DNA from: Auanema rhodensis
Taxonomy: Eukaryota; Animalia; Nematoda
NCBI GenBank assembly: GCA_964057225.1
Contig: OZ059894.1
Location: 1-64,000 of the forward strand
Direction: 5' to 3'
DNA: 64,000 nt
Shown: positions 29,772-39,758 of the stretch, one piece after another
How positions within the stretch are numbered: position 1 is the stretch's first letter
Layout: every line of letters begins with the position of its first letter
Notes under the pieces: generated by a model
Seen by the model: the letters and a program-made list of their open reading frames with translations, nothing else
What the model was told of the DNA's origin: nothing
The model's database searches: none
Position numbers and translations under genes: made by a program

Positions 29772-32607
29772 AACCCCTTCTTCACCATGCTCGCTTTTTC
29801 CTCATGTCCCTGTCGAATTATCAGTCCACTGTTACAATGCACGTTCTATTCTCAATAAGCTTCATTTCCTCACAACCATTCACTCTATTTCATCCCCTGA
29901 TATTATCGCCATATCGGAATCTTGGCTGTTTTCTGATTTTTCTTCTGATCATCTTCCCTTAAATGATCATTACAACATATTCAGAGCAGACAAGCATTCT
30001 TCTCGCGGCGGTGGTACTCTTTTGTTTTTAAAAAAACAAATTAACTCAATCTTACTTTCCTCCTCACCTCTCTACTCCTCTGTTCAATATGTTACAATCC
30101 TTCTCACCTCTATCAACTCGGTTTTCTCCGTTTGTTACCGTTCCCCTTCTGCTTCTCACTCTGATTTCTGTTCCTATCTCTCGGATCTCAGTGGTCATAT
30201 ATCAAATCGCTCTTTTTTTGTTACAGGCGATTTGAACTTTCCTAATATCAATTGGGATCTTCTTCAGTCCTCACTCTCATCTCCTTCTAGTAAATCAATT
30301 ATTCAATTTCTTCAAAGTAGTCATTCTGACCAACTCGTTAATTTTCCTACACGTGGTAACAACATCTTAGACTACATTATCACAAACAATCCTTCAATCA
30401 TATCTAATATATCACGCTCCCCTCCATTGGGTAACTCCGATCACTTCTCGGTTACTTTCTCCATCATCATAAACATTCCTGTATCCCCTACGGATACCTT
30501 TCCTTTCTCTTCCAAAAGCCTCTCCAACAGTTCCTCACTATCTAACTTTTCTCAACTCAATTTCTATCGAGCCGACTTCAATGCTATTAATCGTCATCTT
30601 GTCAGCATCGACTTCTCATTGGTATTATCTGGTCTTTCCCCTCTTGACTCCTACTCCAAATTCATCAACATTCTCCAATCCATAATCTCTGTATTTGTTC
30701 CTCACAAACAACCTAGGCGTAGGAGCAAAGTTGACCGCAATATCGCAGATCTCTACTGTTACATCAAAAAACTTAGTTCATCCATCTGCCACCGTGACGA
30801 GCTCCTCCGCAAAAAACTAACTATAAAACTGGACAGACTTATTAAACAAAAGTCTATTTTGGAAGAAGAACAGATTGCTTCAACCAATAACTCCAAACGT
30901 TTTTATCGCTTCTGTAGAACTCGTCTCGGTGGATGCTCTTCAGATATCCCCACGATCAGATGTGGCGAAGAAGTATACTCCACAGACACAGACAAAGCTT
31001 CCATCTTTGCAGGCTCCTTCTCTGTTAAACCAAGTACTTCATCTGATTTAATCAACACCTCTTCTTGCCCTTCTTCTATCATTGATTTTATAGACATTTC
31101 TCCCGAAAAAGTCTATAAAGTTCTTTCTCATCTTCCTCTTAGAGTCTCTACTTCTTCTGACGGCATTCCCTACTACTTTCTCAATCAGTGCGCCTCTACT
31201 CTTTGCTACCCACTTGCCTTTATCTTTCACAATCTACTTGTTTCTTCTTCATGCCCTCCGGACTGGAAGAGAGCTTGGATCCGTCCTGTTTTCAAATCCG
31301 GAAATCGCTCTAATCCTTCAAATTATCGCCCTATCTCATTAACACCAAGTCTTTCTAAAGTTTTTGAACGACTCATCTCACCTCCACTTCTCCACTTTGG
31401 CATTTCAACTGGATCTATATCTGCCCACCAACACGCTTTTCGTCCTAAACGTAATACCATATCAGCAATCATTAACAATCATATTGCTTGGAGATCATGT
31501 TTAGATAAAAACATACCAGTCTATACTGCTTTCATAGACTTCTCTAAAGCTTTTGATCTAATTGATCACTCGGTTCTTTTTCACAAATTTAAAACTATTG
31601 GTATCTGCGGTTCTCTTCAAACCTTCCTTAAAAACTTCATCACTGGTAGATCTTACTCAGTTCTTGTCAATGGTTCTTTCTCCACTTCTGTTAACTTATC
31701 TTGTGGTGTTCCACAAGGCACTGTTTTGGGCCCTCTCCTATTCCTTTTCTACATTAATGACATTACGTCTTCTCTCCCTGAAGATGTTCATCCTACACTT
31801 TTTGCCGATGATCTCAAGTTATACAGTACTAATCCGGTAAGTCTACAGATTGCCTTAAACACAATCAACGCTTGGTGTAAAAATAATGGAATGATGGTCA
31901 ACACCACCAAATCCAAAATTATGATAGTTTGCAATAATAGCTCAACCCTCAATACCATTGAGCCATTTACCTTTGGTGAGTTTCCTTTGAACTTTGTGCT
32001 CCATTATAAAGATCTTGGTGTTCTAACTGATTACAATCTTACATTTGATAGTCACATAAACGCCATCAGTTGCGCCGCTGCCCTTAAATGTCGCATCCTT
32101 CTACGCTGCTTTCACTCTAGGTCACCTCCATTTATGTTTAACCTTTTTTGCAGCTACGTCCGACCAATCCTTGAATATGCATCCGTGATATGGTCTCCTC
32201 AAGTATCCAAAAAAATATCTCGTATTGAGATGGTTCAGAAAAAATTCCTACGAGCAGTCTTCTCAAGAGCAGGAATTTTTTCAGACTACAAAAGTCAGCT
32301 CACTTTTTTGAATGCTCAAGAACTATCAACCAGAAGACAGGTAACTGATCTAGGTTTTTATTTTTCTCAAATTAAAGACGTATCAACTGACAGTATTTTA
32401 AGAATTTTTCAAGCTAAACATTTCACACACTCTCTTCGCAGACACCAATGGAATATCGACTATCCTGATCTTCGGAAAGTTGCAACAAGGAATGGTATCG
32501 AGTACAGAGGCATCAAAACTTGGAACGATTTACCTGAAAACCTTGTCAACCTTACTAATGTTCATAATTTCAAGAAACATTTACTCTCTGCTCCAATAGA
32601 TTTGTAA
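29764..32607 (+). CDS. ORF2: APE endonuclease + reverse transcriptase, intact (~947 aa from the proposed shift site; frame open from 29524)
   Basis: APE motifs CYNARS, IAISESW, RGGG, YRSP, GDLN, PTR..ILD, SDH. RT motifs YRPISL, IDFSKAFD, GVPQGTVLGPLLF, FADD, YKDLGV. CR1/L2-like C-terminus (RPILEYAS.IWSP, WNDLPE). No RNase H or CCHC knuckle seen. Confidence 0.95.
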   Translation, partial: FVKTPSSPCSLFPHVPVELSVHCYNARSILNKLHFLTTIHSISSPDIIAISESWLFSDFSSDHLPLNDHYNIFRADKHSSRGGGTLLFLKKQINSILLSSSPLYSSVQYVTILLTSINSVFSVCYRSPSASHSDFCSYLSDLSGHISNRSFFVTGDLNFPNINWDLLQSSLSSPSSKSIIQFLQSSHSDQLVNFPTRGNNILDYIITNNPSIISNISRSPPLGNSDHFSVTFSIIINIPVSPTDTFPFSSKSLSNSSSLSNFSQLNFYRADFNAINRHLVSIDFSLVLSGLSPLDSYSKFINILQSIISVFVPHKQPRRRSKVDRNIADLYCYIKKLSSSICHRDELLRKKLTIKLDRLIKQKSILEEEQIASTNNSKRFYRFCRTRLGGCSSDIPTIRCGEEVYSTDTDKASIFAGSFSVKPSTSSDLINTSSCPSSIIDFIDISPEKVYKVLSHLPLRVSTSSDGIPYYFLNQCASTLCYPLAFIFHNLLVSSSCPPDWKRAWIRPVFKSGNRSNPSNYRPISLTPSLSKVFERLISPPLLHFGISTGSISAHQHAFRPKRNTISAIINNHIAWRSCLDKNIPVYTAFIDFSKAFDLIDHSVLFHKFKTIGICGSLQTFLKNFITGRSYSVLVNGSFSTSVNLSCGVPQGTVLGPLLFLFYINDITSSLPEDVHPTLFADDLKLYSTNPVSLQIALNTINAWCKNNGMMVNTTKSKIMIVCNNSSTLNTIEPFTFGEFPLNFVLHYKDLGVLTDYNLTFDSHINAISCAAALKCRILLRCFHSRSPPFMFNLFCSYVRPILEYASVIWSPQVSKKISRIEMVQKKFLRAVFSRAGIFSDYKSQLTFLNAQELSTRRQVTDLGFYFSQIKDVSTDSILRIFQAKHFTHSLRRHQWNIDYPDLRKVATRNGIEYRGIKTWNDLPENLVNLTNVHNFKKHLLSAPIDL

Positions 32608-32781
32608 ACCAAATACTGTAGATAATGTTCTCACCCCTCAAAAATCTTTTTTGTTTTCTATTTTATCAGGCTTTTTTTTATTTGTAGTTCGTTCTTTTTC
32701 ACACTTGTTTATGACCACATGGCAACAGTCCACCATTTATTTTTCTTTGTCCCTTCTGAACTCTTGTTACTTCGTCACTAT

Positions 32782-32911
32782 TCCTATAGACATTAGTCAT
32801 ACGGATCGGGCGCTAGTTACCTCCAAATTGCTAGAACGGGCTTGCCTCAGATCACGAGTACCACCGTACCTAACAACCACACTAGTGAGGTCAGCCATCG
32901 TGCTGAACAAA
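32782..32911 (+). ncRNA. Conserved structured cis-RNA element (hairpin + pseudoknotted domain + hairpin) in the 3' UTR of element A
   Basis: Aligns with 42710-42838 with compensatory base changes in three helices, while flanking UTR sequence is poorly conserved. Confidence 0.75.
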
Positions 32912-33069
32912 CCCCATGCATACAACAAGAATTTTACTTGGCGGACTGTTCACTATTGATCTTAAATAAGCGAGCTCTTATCGAACTGGCAATATTAAAA
33001 ATCCTTTTTCATGTTCTTATTGAATGGTTTTTAATTTTTTTCACTCAATTACTTAACAGCTATTTGTCT

Positions 33070-33108
33070 TAACCTGTGATATTGAACAATAAACATTAAA
33101 CATTAAAC
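33070..33108 (+). terminator. Conserved 3'-terminal motif TAACCTGTGAT..GAACAATAAAC with AATAAA and a (CATTAAA)2 tail
   Basis: AATAAA at 33088-33093. The motif is shared with the end of element B. Short tandem-repeat tails are typical of CR1/L2 LINEs. Confidence 0.75.
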
Positions 33109-36100
33109 GTGTACATTTAATTAGCATAAATTAAAGTTCACGTAAATTTCAAAGTCATGGTTACCATGCACCAATATCAATAAAAATTTGTTTTTAGACT
33201 AATATGGACATGGGGAATCTAATTTTGAAAACCGCATCTCTTTATCTTTCACGTGAAGCGAGTTACATACCAAGTGCACATCACGTGTACATTTAATTAG
33301 CATAAATTAAAGTTCACGTAAATTTCAAAGTCATGGTTACCATGCACCAATATCAATAAAAAGTTGTTTTTAGACTAATATGGACATGGGGAATCTAATT
33401 TTGAAAACCGCATCTCTTTATCTTTCACGTGAAGCGAGTTACATACCAAGTGCACATCACGTGTACATTTAATTAGCATAAATTAAAGTTCACGTAAATT
33501 TCAAAGTCATGGTTACCATGCACCAATATCAATAAAAATTTGTTTTTAGAATAATATGGACATGGGGAATCTAATTTTGAAAACCGCATCTCTTTATCTT
33601 TCACGTGAAGCGAGTTACATACCAAGTGCACATCACGTGTACATTTAATTAGCATAAATTAAAGTTCACGTAAATTTCAAAGTCATGGTTACCATAAACC
33701 AATATCAATAAAAATTTGTTTTTAGACTAATATGGACATGGGGAATCTAATTTTGAAAACCGCATCTCTTTATCTTTCACGTGAAGCGAGTTACATACCA
33801 AGTGCACATCACGTGTACATTTAATTAGCATAAATTAAAGTTCACGTAAATTTCAAAGTCATGGTTACCATGCACCAATATCAATAAAAATTTGTTTTTA
33901 GACTAATATGGACATGGGGAATCTAATTTTGAAAACCGCATCTCTTTATCTTTCACGTGAAGCGAGTTACATACCAAGTGCACATCACGTGTACATTTAA
34001 TTAGCATAAATTAAAGTTCACGTAAATTTCAAAGTCATGGTTACCATGAACCAATATCAATCAAAATTTGTTTTTAGACTAATATGGACATGGGGAATCT
34101 AATTTTGAAAACCGCATCTCTTTTTCTTTCACGTGAAGCGAGTTACATACCAAGTGCACATCACGTGTACATTTAATTAGCATGAATTAAAGTTCACGTA
34201 AATTTCAAAGTCATGGTTACCATGCACCAATATCAATAAAAATTTGTTTTTAGACTAATATGGACATGGGGAATCTAATTTTGAAAACCGCATCTCTTTA
34301 TCTTTCACGTGAAGCGAGTTACATACCAAGTGCACATCACGTGTACATTTAATTAGCATAAATTAAAGTTCACGTAAATTTCAAAGTCATGGTTACCATG
34401 CACCAATATCAATAAAAATTTGTTTTTAGACTAATATGGACATGGGGAATCTAATTTTGAAAACCGCATCTCTTTATCTTTCACGTGAAGCGAGTTACAT
34501 ACCAAGTGCACATCACGTGTACATTTAATTAGCATAAATTAAAGTTCACGTAAATTTCAAAGTCATGGTTACCATGAAGCAATATCAATAAAAATTTGTT
34601 TTTAGACTAATATGGACATGGGGAATCTAATTTTGAAAACCGCATCTCTTTATCTTTCACGTGAAGCGAGTTACATACCAAGTGCACATCACGTGTACAT
34701 TTAATTAGCATAAATTAAAGTTCACGTAAATTTCAAAGTCATGGTTACCATGAAGCAATATCAATAAAAATTTGTTTTTAGACTAATATGGACATGGGGA
34801 ATCTAATTTTGAAAACCGCATCTCTTTATCTTTCACGTGAAGCGAGTTACATACCAAGTGCACATCACGTGTACATTTAATTAGCATAAATTAAAGTTCA
34901 CGTAAATTTCAAAGTCATGGTTACCATGAACCAATATCAATCAAAATTTGTTTTTAGACTAATATGGACATGGGGAATCTAATTTTGAAAACCGCATCTC
35001 TTTTTCTTTCACGTGAAGCGAGTTACATACCAAGTGCACATCACGTGTACATTTAATTAGCATGAATTAAAGTTCACGTAAATTTCAAAGTCATGGTTAC
35101 CATGCACCAATATCAATAAAAATTTGTTTTTAGACTAATATGGACATGGGGAATCTAATTTTGAAAACCGCATCTCTTTATCTTTCACGTGAAGCGAGTT
35201 ACATACCAAGTGCACATCACGTGTACATTTAATTAGCATAAATTAAAGTTCACGTAAATTTCAAAGTCATGGTTACCATGCACCAATATTAATAAAAATT
35301 TGTTTTTAGACTAATATGGACATGGGGAATCTAATTTTGAAAACCGCATCTCTTTATCTTTCACGTGAAGCGAGTTACATACCAAGTGCACATCACGTGT
35401 ACATTTAATTAGCATAAATTAAAGTTCACGTAAATTTCAAAGTCATGGTTACCATGCACCAATATCAATAAAAATTTGTTTTTAGACTAATATGGACATG
35501 GGGAATCTAATTTTGAAAACCGCATCTCTTTATCTTTCACGTGAAGCGAGTTACATACCAAGTGCACATCACGTGTACATTTAATTAGCATAAATTAAAG
35601 TTCACGTAAATTTCAAAGTCATGGTTACCATGAACCAATATCAATCAAAATTTGTTTTTAGACTAATATGGACATGGGGAATCTAATTTTGAAAACCGCA
35701 TCTCTTTTTCTTTCACGTGAAGCGAGTTACATACCAAGTGCACATCACGTGTACATTTAATTAGCATGAATTAAAGTTCACGTAAATTTCAAAGTCATGG
35801 TTACCATGCACCAATATCAATAAAAATTTGTTTTTAGACTAATATGGACATGGGGAATCTAATTTTGAAAACCGCATCTCTTTATCTTTCACGTGAAGCG
35901 AGTTACATACCAAGTGCACATCACGTGTACATTTAATTAGCATAAATTAAAGTTCACGTAAATTTCAAAGTCATGGTTACCATGCACCAATATCAATAAA
36001 AATTTGTTTTTAGACTAATATGGACATGGGGAATCTAATTTTGAAAACCGCATCTCTTTATCTTTCACGTGAAGCGAGTTACATACCAAGTGCACATCAC

Positions 36101-38918
36101 GTGTACATTTAATTAGCATAAATTAAAGTTCACGTAAATTTCAAAGTCATGGTTACCATGAACCAATATCAATCAAAATTTGTTTTTAGACTAATATGGA
36201 CATGGGGAATCTAATTTTGAAAACCGCATCTCTTTTTCTTTCACGTGAAGCGAGTTACATACCAAGTGCACATCACGTGTACATTTAATTAGCATGAATT
36301 AAAGTTCACGTAAATTTCAAAGTCATGGTTACCATGCACCAATATCAATAAAAATTTGTTTTTAGACTAATATGGACATGGGGAATCTAATTTTGAAAAC
36401 CGCATCTCTTTATCTTTCACGTGAAGCGAGTTACATACCAAGTGCACATCACGTGTACATTTAATTAGCATAAATTAAAGTTCACGTAAATTTCAAAGTC
36501 ATGGTTACCATGCACCAATATTAATAAAAATTTGTTTTTAGACTAATATGGACATGGGGAATCTAATTTTGAAAACCGCATCTCTTTATCTTTCACGTGA
36601 AGCGAGTTACATACCAAGTGCACATCACGTGTACATTTAATTAGCATAAATTAAAGTTCACGTAAATTTCAAAGTCATGGTTACCATGCACCAATATCAA
36701 TAAAAATTTGTTTTTAGACTAATATGGACATGGGGAATCTAATTTTGAAAACCGCATCTCTTTATCTTTCACGTGAAGCGAGTTACATACCAAGTGCACA
36801 TCACGTGTACATTTAATTAGCATAAATTAAAGTTCACGTAAATTTCAAAGTCATGGTTACCATGAACCAATATCAATCAAAATTTGTTTTTAGACTAATA
36901 TGGACATGGGGAATCTAATTTTGAAAACCGCATCTCTTTTTCTTTCACGTGAAGCGAGTTACATACCAAGTGCACATCACGTGTACATTTAATTAGCATG
37001 AATTAAAGTTCACGTAAATTTCAAAGTCATGGTTACCATGCACCAATATCAATAAAAATTTGTTTTTAGACTAATATGGACATGGGGAATCTAATTTTGA
37101 AAACCGCATCTCTTTATCTTTCACGTGAAGCGAGTTACATACCAAGTGCACATCACGTGTACATTTAATTAGCATAAATTAAAGTTCACGTAAATTTCAA
37201 AGTCATGGTTACCATGCACCAATATCAATAAAAATTTGTTTTTAGACTAATATGGACATGGGGAATCTAATTTTGAAAACCGCATCTCTTTATCTTTCAC
37301 GTGAAGCGAGTTACATACCAAGTGCACATCACGTGTACATTTAATTAGCATAAATTAAAGTTCACGTAAATTTCAAAGTCATGGTTACCATGAAGCAATA
37401 TCAATAAAAATTTGTTTTTAGACTAATATGGACATGGGGAATCTAATTTTGAAAACCGCATCTCTTTATCTTTCACGTGAAGCGAGTTACATACCAAGTG
37501 CACATCACGTGTACATTTAATTAGCATAAATTAAAGTTCACGTAAATTTCAAAGTCATGGTTACCATGAAGCAATATCAATAAAAATTTGTTTTTAGACT
37601 AATATGGACATGGGGAATCTAATTTTGAAAACCGCATCTCTTTATCTTTCACGTGAAGCGAGTTACATACCAAGTGCACATCACGTGTACATTTAATTAG
37701 CATAAATTAAAGTTCACGTAAATTTCAAAGTCATGGTTACCATGAACCAATATCAATCAAAATTTGTTTTTAGACTAATATGGACATGGGGAATCTAATT
37801 TTGAAAACCGCATCTCTTTTTCTTTCACGTGAAGCGAGTTACATACCAAGTGCACATCACGTGTACATTTAATTAGCATGAATTAAAGTTCACGTAAATT
37901 TCAAAGTCATGGTTACCATGCACCAATATCAATAAAAATTTGTTCTTAGACTAATATGGACATGGGGAATCTAATTTTGAAAACCGCATCTCTTTATCTT
38001 TCACGTGAAGCGAGTTACATACCAAGTGCACATCACGTGTACATTTAATTAGCATAAATTAAAGTTCACGTAAATTTCAAAGTCATGGTTACCATGCACC
38101 AATATCAATAAAAATTTGTTTTTAGACTAATATGGACATGGGGAATCTAATTTTGAAAACCGCATCTCTTTATCTTTCACGTGAAGCGAGTTACATACCA
38201 AGTGCACATCACGTGTACATTTAATTAGCATAAATTAAAGTTCACGTAAATTTCAAAGTCATGGTTACCATGCACCAATATCAATAAAAAGTTGTTTTTA
38301 GACTAATATGGACATGGGGAATCTAATTTTGAAAACCGCATCTCTTTATCTTTCACGTGAAGCGAGTTACATACCAAGTGCACATCACGTGTACATTTAA
38401 TTAGCATAAATTAAAGTTCACGTAAATTTCAAAGTCATGGTTACCATGCACCAATATCAATAAAAATTTGTTTTTAGAATAATATGGACATGGGGAATCT
38501 AATTTTGAAAACCGCATCTCTTTATCTTTCACGTGAAGCGAGTTACATACCAAGTGCACATCACGTGTACATTTAATTAGCATAAATTAAAGTTCACGTA
38601 AATTTCAAAGTCATGGTTACCATAAACCAATATCAATAAAAATTTGTTTTTAGACTAATATGGACATGGGGAATCTAATTTTGAAAACCGCATCTCTTTA
38701 TCTTTCACGTGAAGCGAGTTACATACCAAGTGCACATCACGTGTACATTTAATTAGCATAAATTAAAGTTCACGTAAATTTCAAAGTCATGGTTACCATG
38801 AAGCAATATCAATAAAAATTTGTTTTTAGACTAATATGGACATGGGGAATCTAATTTTGAAAACCGCATCTCTTTATCTTTCACGTGAAGCGAGTTACAT
38901 ACCAAGTGCATATCACGT
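33107..38918 (+). repeat. 176-bp satellite, middle block (exactly 33 monomers + 4 bp)
   Basis: 5812 bp = 33x176+4, confirming both LINE 3' junctions are in the same monomer phase. Rich in 3-5-mer subrepeats carrying AATCAAAA, CTCTTTTTCT and GCATGAAT variants. Confidence 0.99.
38915..38918 (+). repeat. Left copy of the 4-bp target-site duplication (ACGT) of LINE B; right copy at 43073-43076
   Basis: ...GTGCATATCACGT|AACACC... at the 5' side and ...GTTCAA|ACGTGTAC... at the 3' side. Confidence 0.75.
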
Positions 38919-39758
38919 AACACCACCCATAACTCACCTCTTCTTTCTTCTTCCAATGTTGCATGCCAAATCCAAAAAATTAGATCAGAGGAGACAAAGT
39001 ACGATTATCGTTGTAAGAGAGCCCTCTGGTTCCGTGTACCAGTCTCTTGCCCGGATTTACCTTCTGACCCTTCTTCTTTACTGAAACTGGTCATTGAGAA
39101 ATCCAACGACACTACTTTGTCAACTCTCCTTAACACTAACCAAATAACCATTACACGTTGCATCCTTAAATCTAAATCCCCAGGCCCACTCATTATTACT
39201 TGTCCATCGGTTGAATTGCGGGATAAGATCATAACATCTATCAAAGCAAATAAGACTAAATGTTTCGAATCTTTATCTAAAACTTTTGTACGTCGCGACT
39301 ATCTTCCTTTTGAAATTCAACTGGAAAACAACCTTCGCGAGGAAGCAAAAGAAAAAAACAAAAACAACACTAAGTCTGTCTTTTTGGTACGAGATCTTCG
39401 ACTTATTGAAGTTTCCCGCAATCCAGCCGATCCTCCAAACCCTCAAGTAGCTCCCACTTCTTCTTGTAATCAAACTCCTAAAATACCATCTATTCCAAAC
39501 GTTCCATTACCAACACTCCATTCTCAAACTCTCACATCCCCAACTCTTTTTTCTAGCCCCCCTTGTAAATCTGGTAGAATGAGCCGGTCGAAGGAAAGAC
39601 AGAACCGCACGTCAAAAGACAAGCGTTCTTCTGTTAGCCCAAGACGTCGCAAAAATCCACCACGATCTGCAAAATTAACCACAGATCAAATTACCAGATC
39701 TGTTAGCATGAACAATACATCTCAACGTCTCACGTCTGACAAAATGTCCTTTCGTTAA
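38919..39758 (+). CDS. ORF1, C-terminal 279 aa, 5'-truncated; RRM/CTD-like region plus Ser/Pro/Arg-rich basic tail
   Basis: Manual translation is open from the junction (NTTHNSPLL...RCKRALWFRVP...PGPLIITCPSVELRDKII...TFVRRDYLPFE...MSFR*). The spacing resembles the L1/CR1 ORF1 RRM-CTD signatures (PRPIIVKF, IFI..DL). Confidence 0.85.
   Translation, partial: NTTHNSPLLSSSNVACQIQKIRSEETKYDYRCKRALWFRVPVSCPDLPSDPSSLLKLVIEKSNDTTLSTLLNTNQITITRCILKSKSPGPLIITCPSVELRDKIITSIKANKTKCFESLSKTFVRRDYLPFEIQLENNLREEAKEKNKNNTKSVFLVRDLRLIEVSRNPADPPNPQVAPTSSCNQTPKIPSIPNVPLPTLHSQTLTSPTLFSSPPCKSGRMSRSKERQNRTSKDKRSSVSPRRRKNPPRSAKLTTDQITRSVSMNNTSQRLTSDKMSFR
39744..39758 (+). promoter_or_regulatory. Putative +1 programmed ribosomal frameshift site (AUG UCC_UUU_CGU_UAA), element B
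   Basis: The ORF2 frame is closed upstream by TGA at 39709-39711 and has no ATG until after the endonuclease domain (~40519). The motif is identical to element A. Confidence 0.72.

Larger units (their letters stand above)
29234..33106 (+). mobile_element. Non-LTR retrotransposon (LINE, CR1/Jockey group), element A, 5'-truncated within ORF1
   Basis: Contains an ORF1 fragment, an intact APE-RT ORF2 and a ~500-nt 3' UTR ending AATAAA-CATTAAA-CATTAAA. Flanked by satellite with a TSD; no LTRs or TIRs. Confidence 0.96.

Noticed and set aside
32651-33072. ORFs in the 3' UTR of element A and other short alternate-frame or antisense ORFs in both LINEs
   Set aside because: They have TTG or incidental starts and are not conserved between the elements. 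3' UTR conservation follows base-pairing, not codons.
29234-33106. Element A length (3873 bp) nearly equals 22 monomers (3872 bp)
   Set aside because: With the TSD the phase shift is +39, and element B (4154 bp) does not fit, so this is treated as coincidence.
38836-39084. 82-aa satellite-LINE chimeric ORF
   Set aside because: A chance read-through of the junction, out of frame with ORF1.
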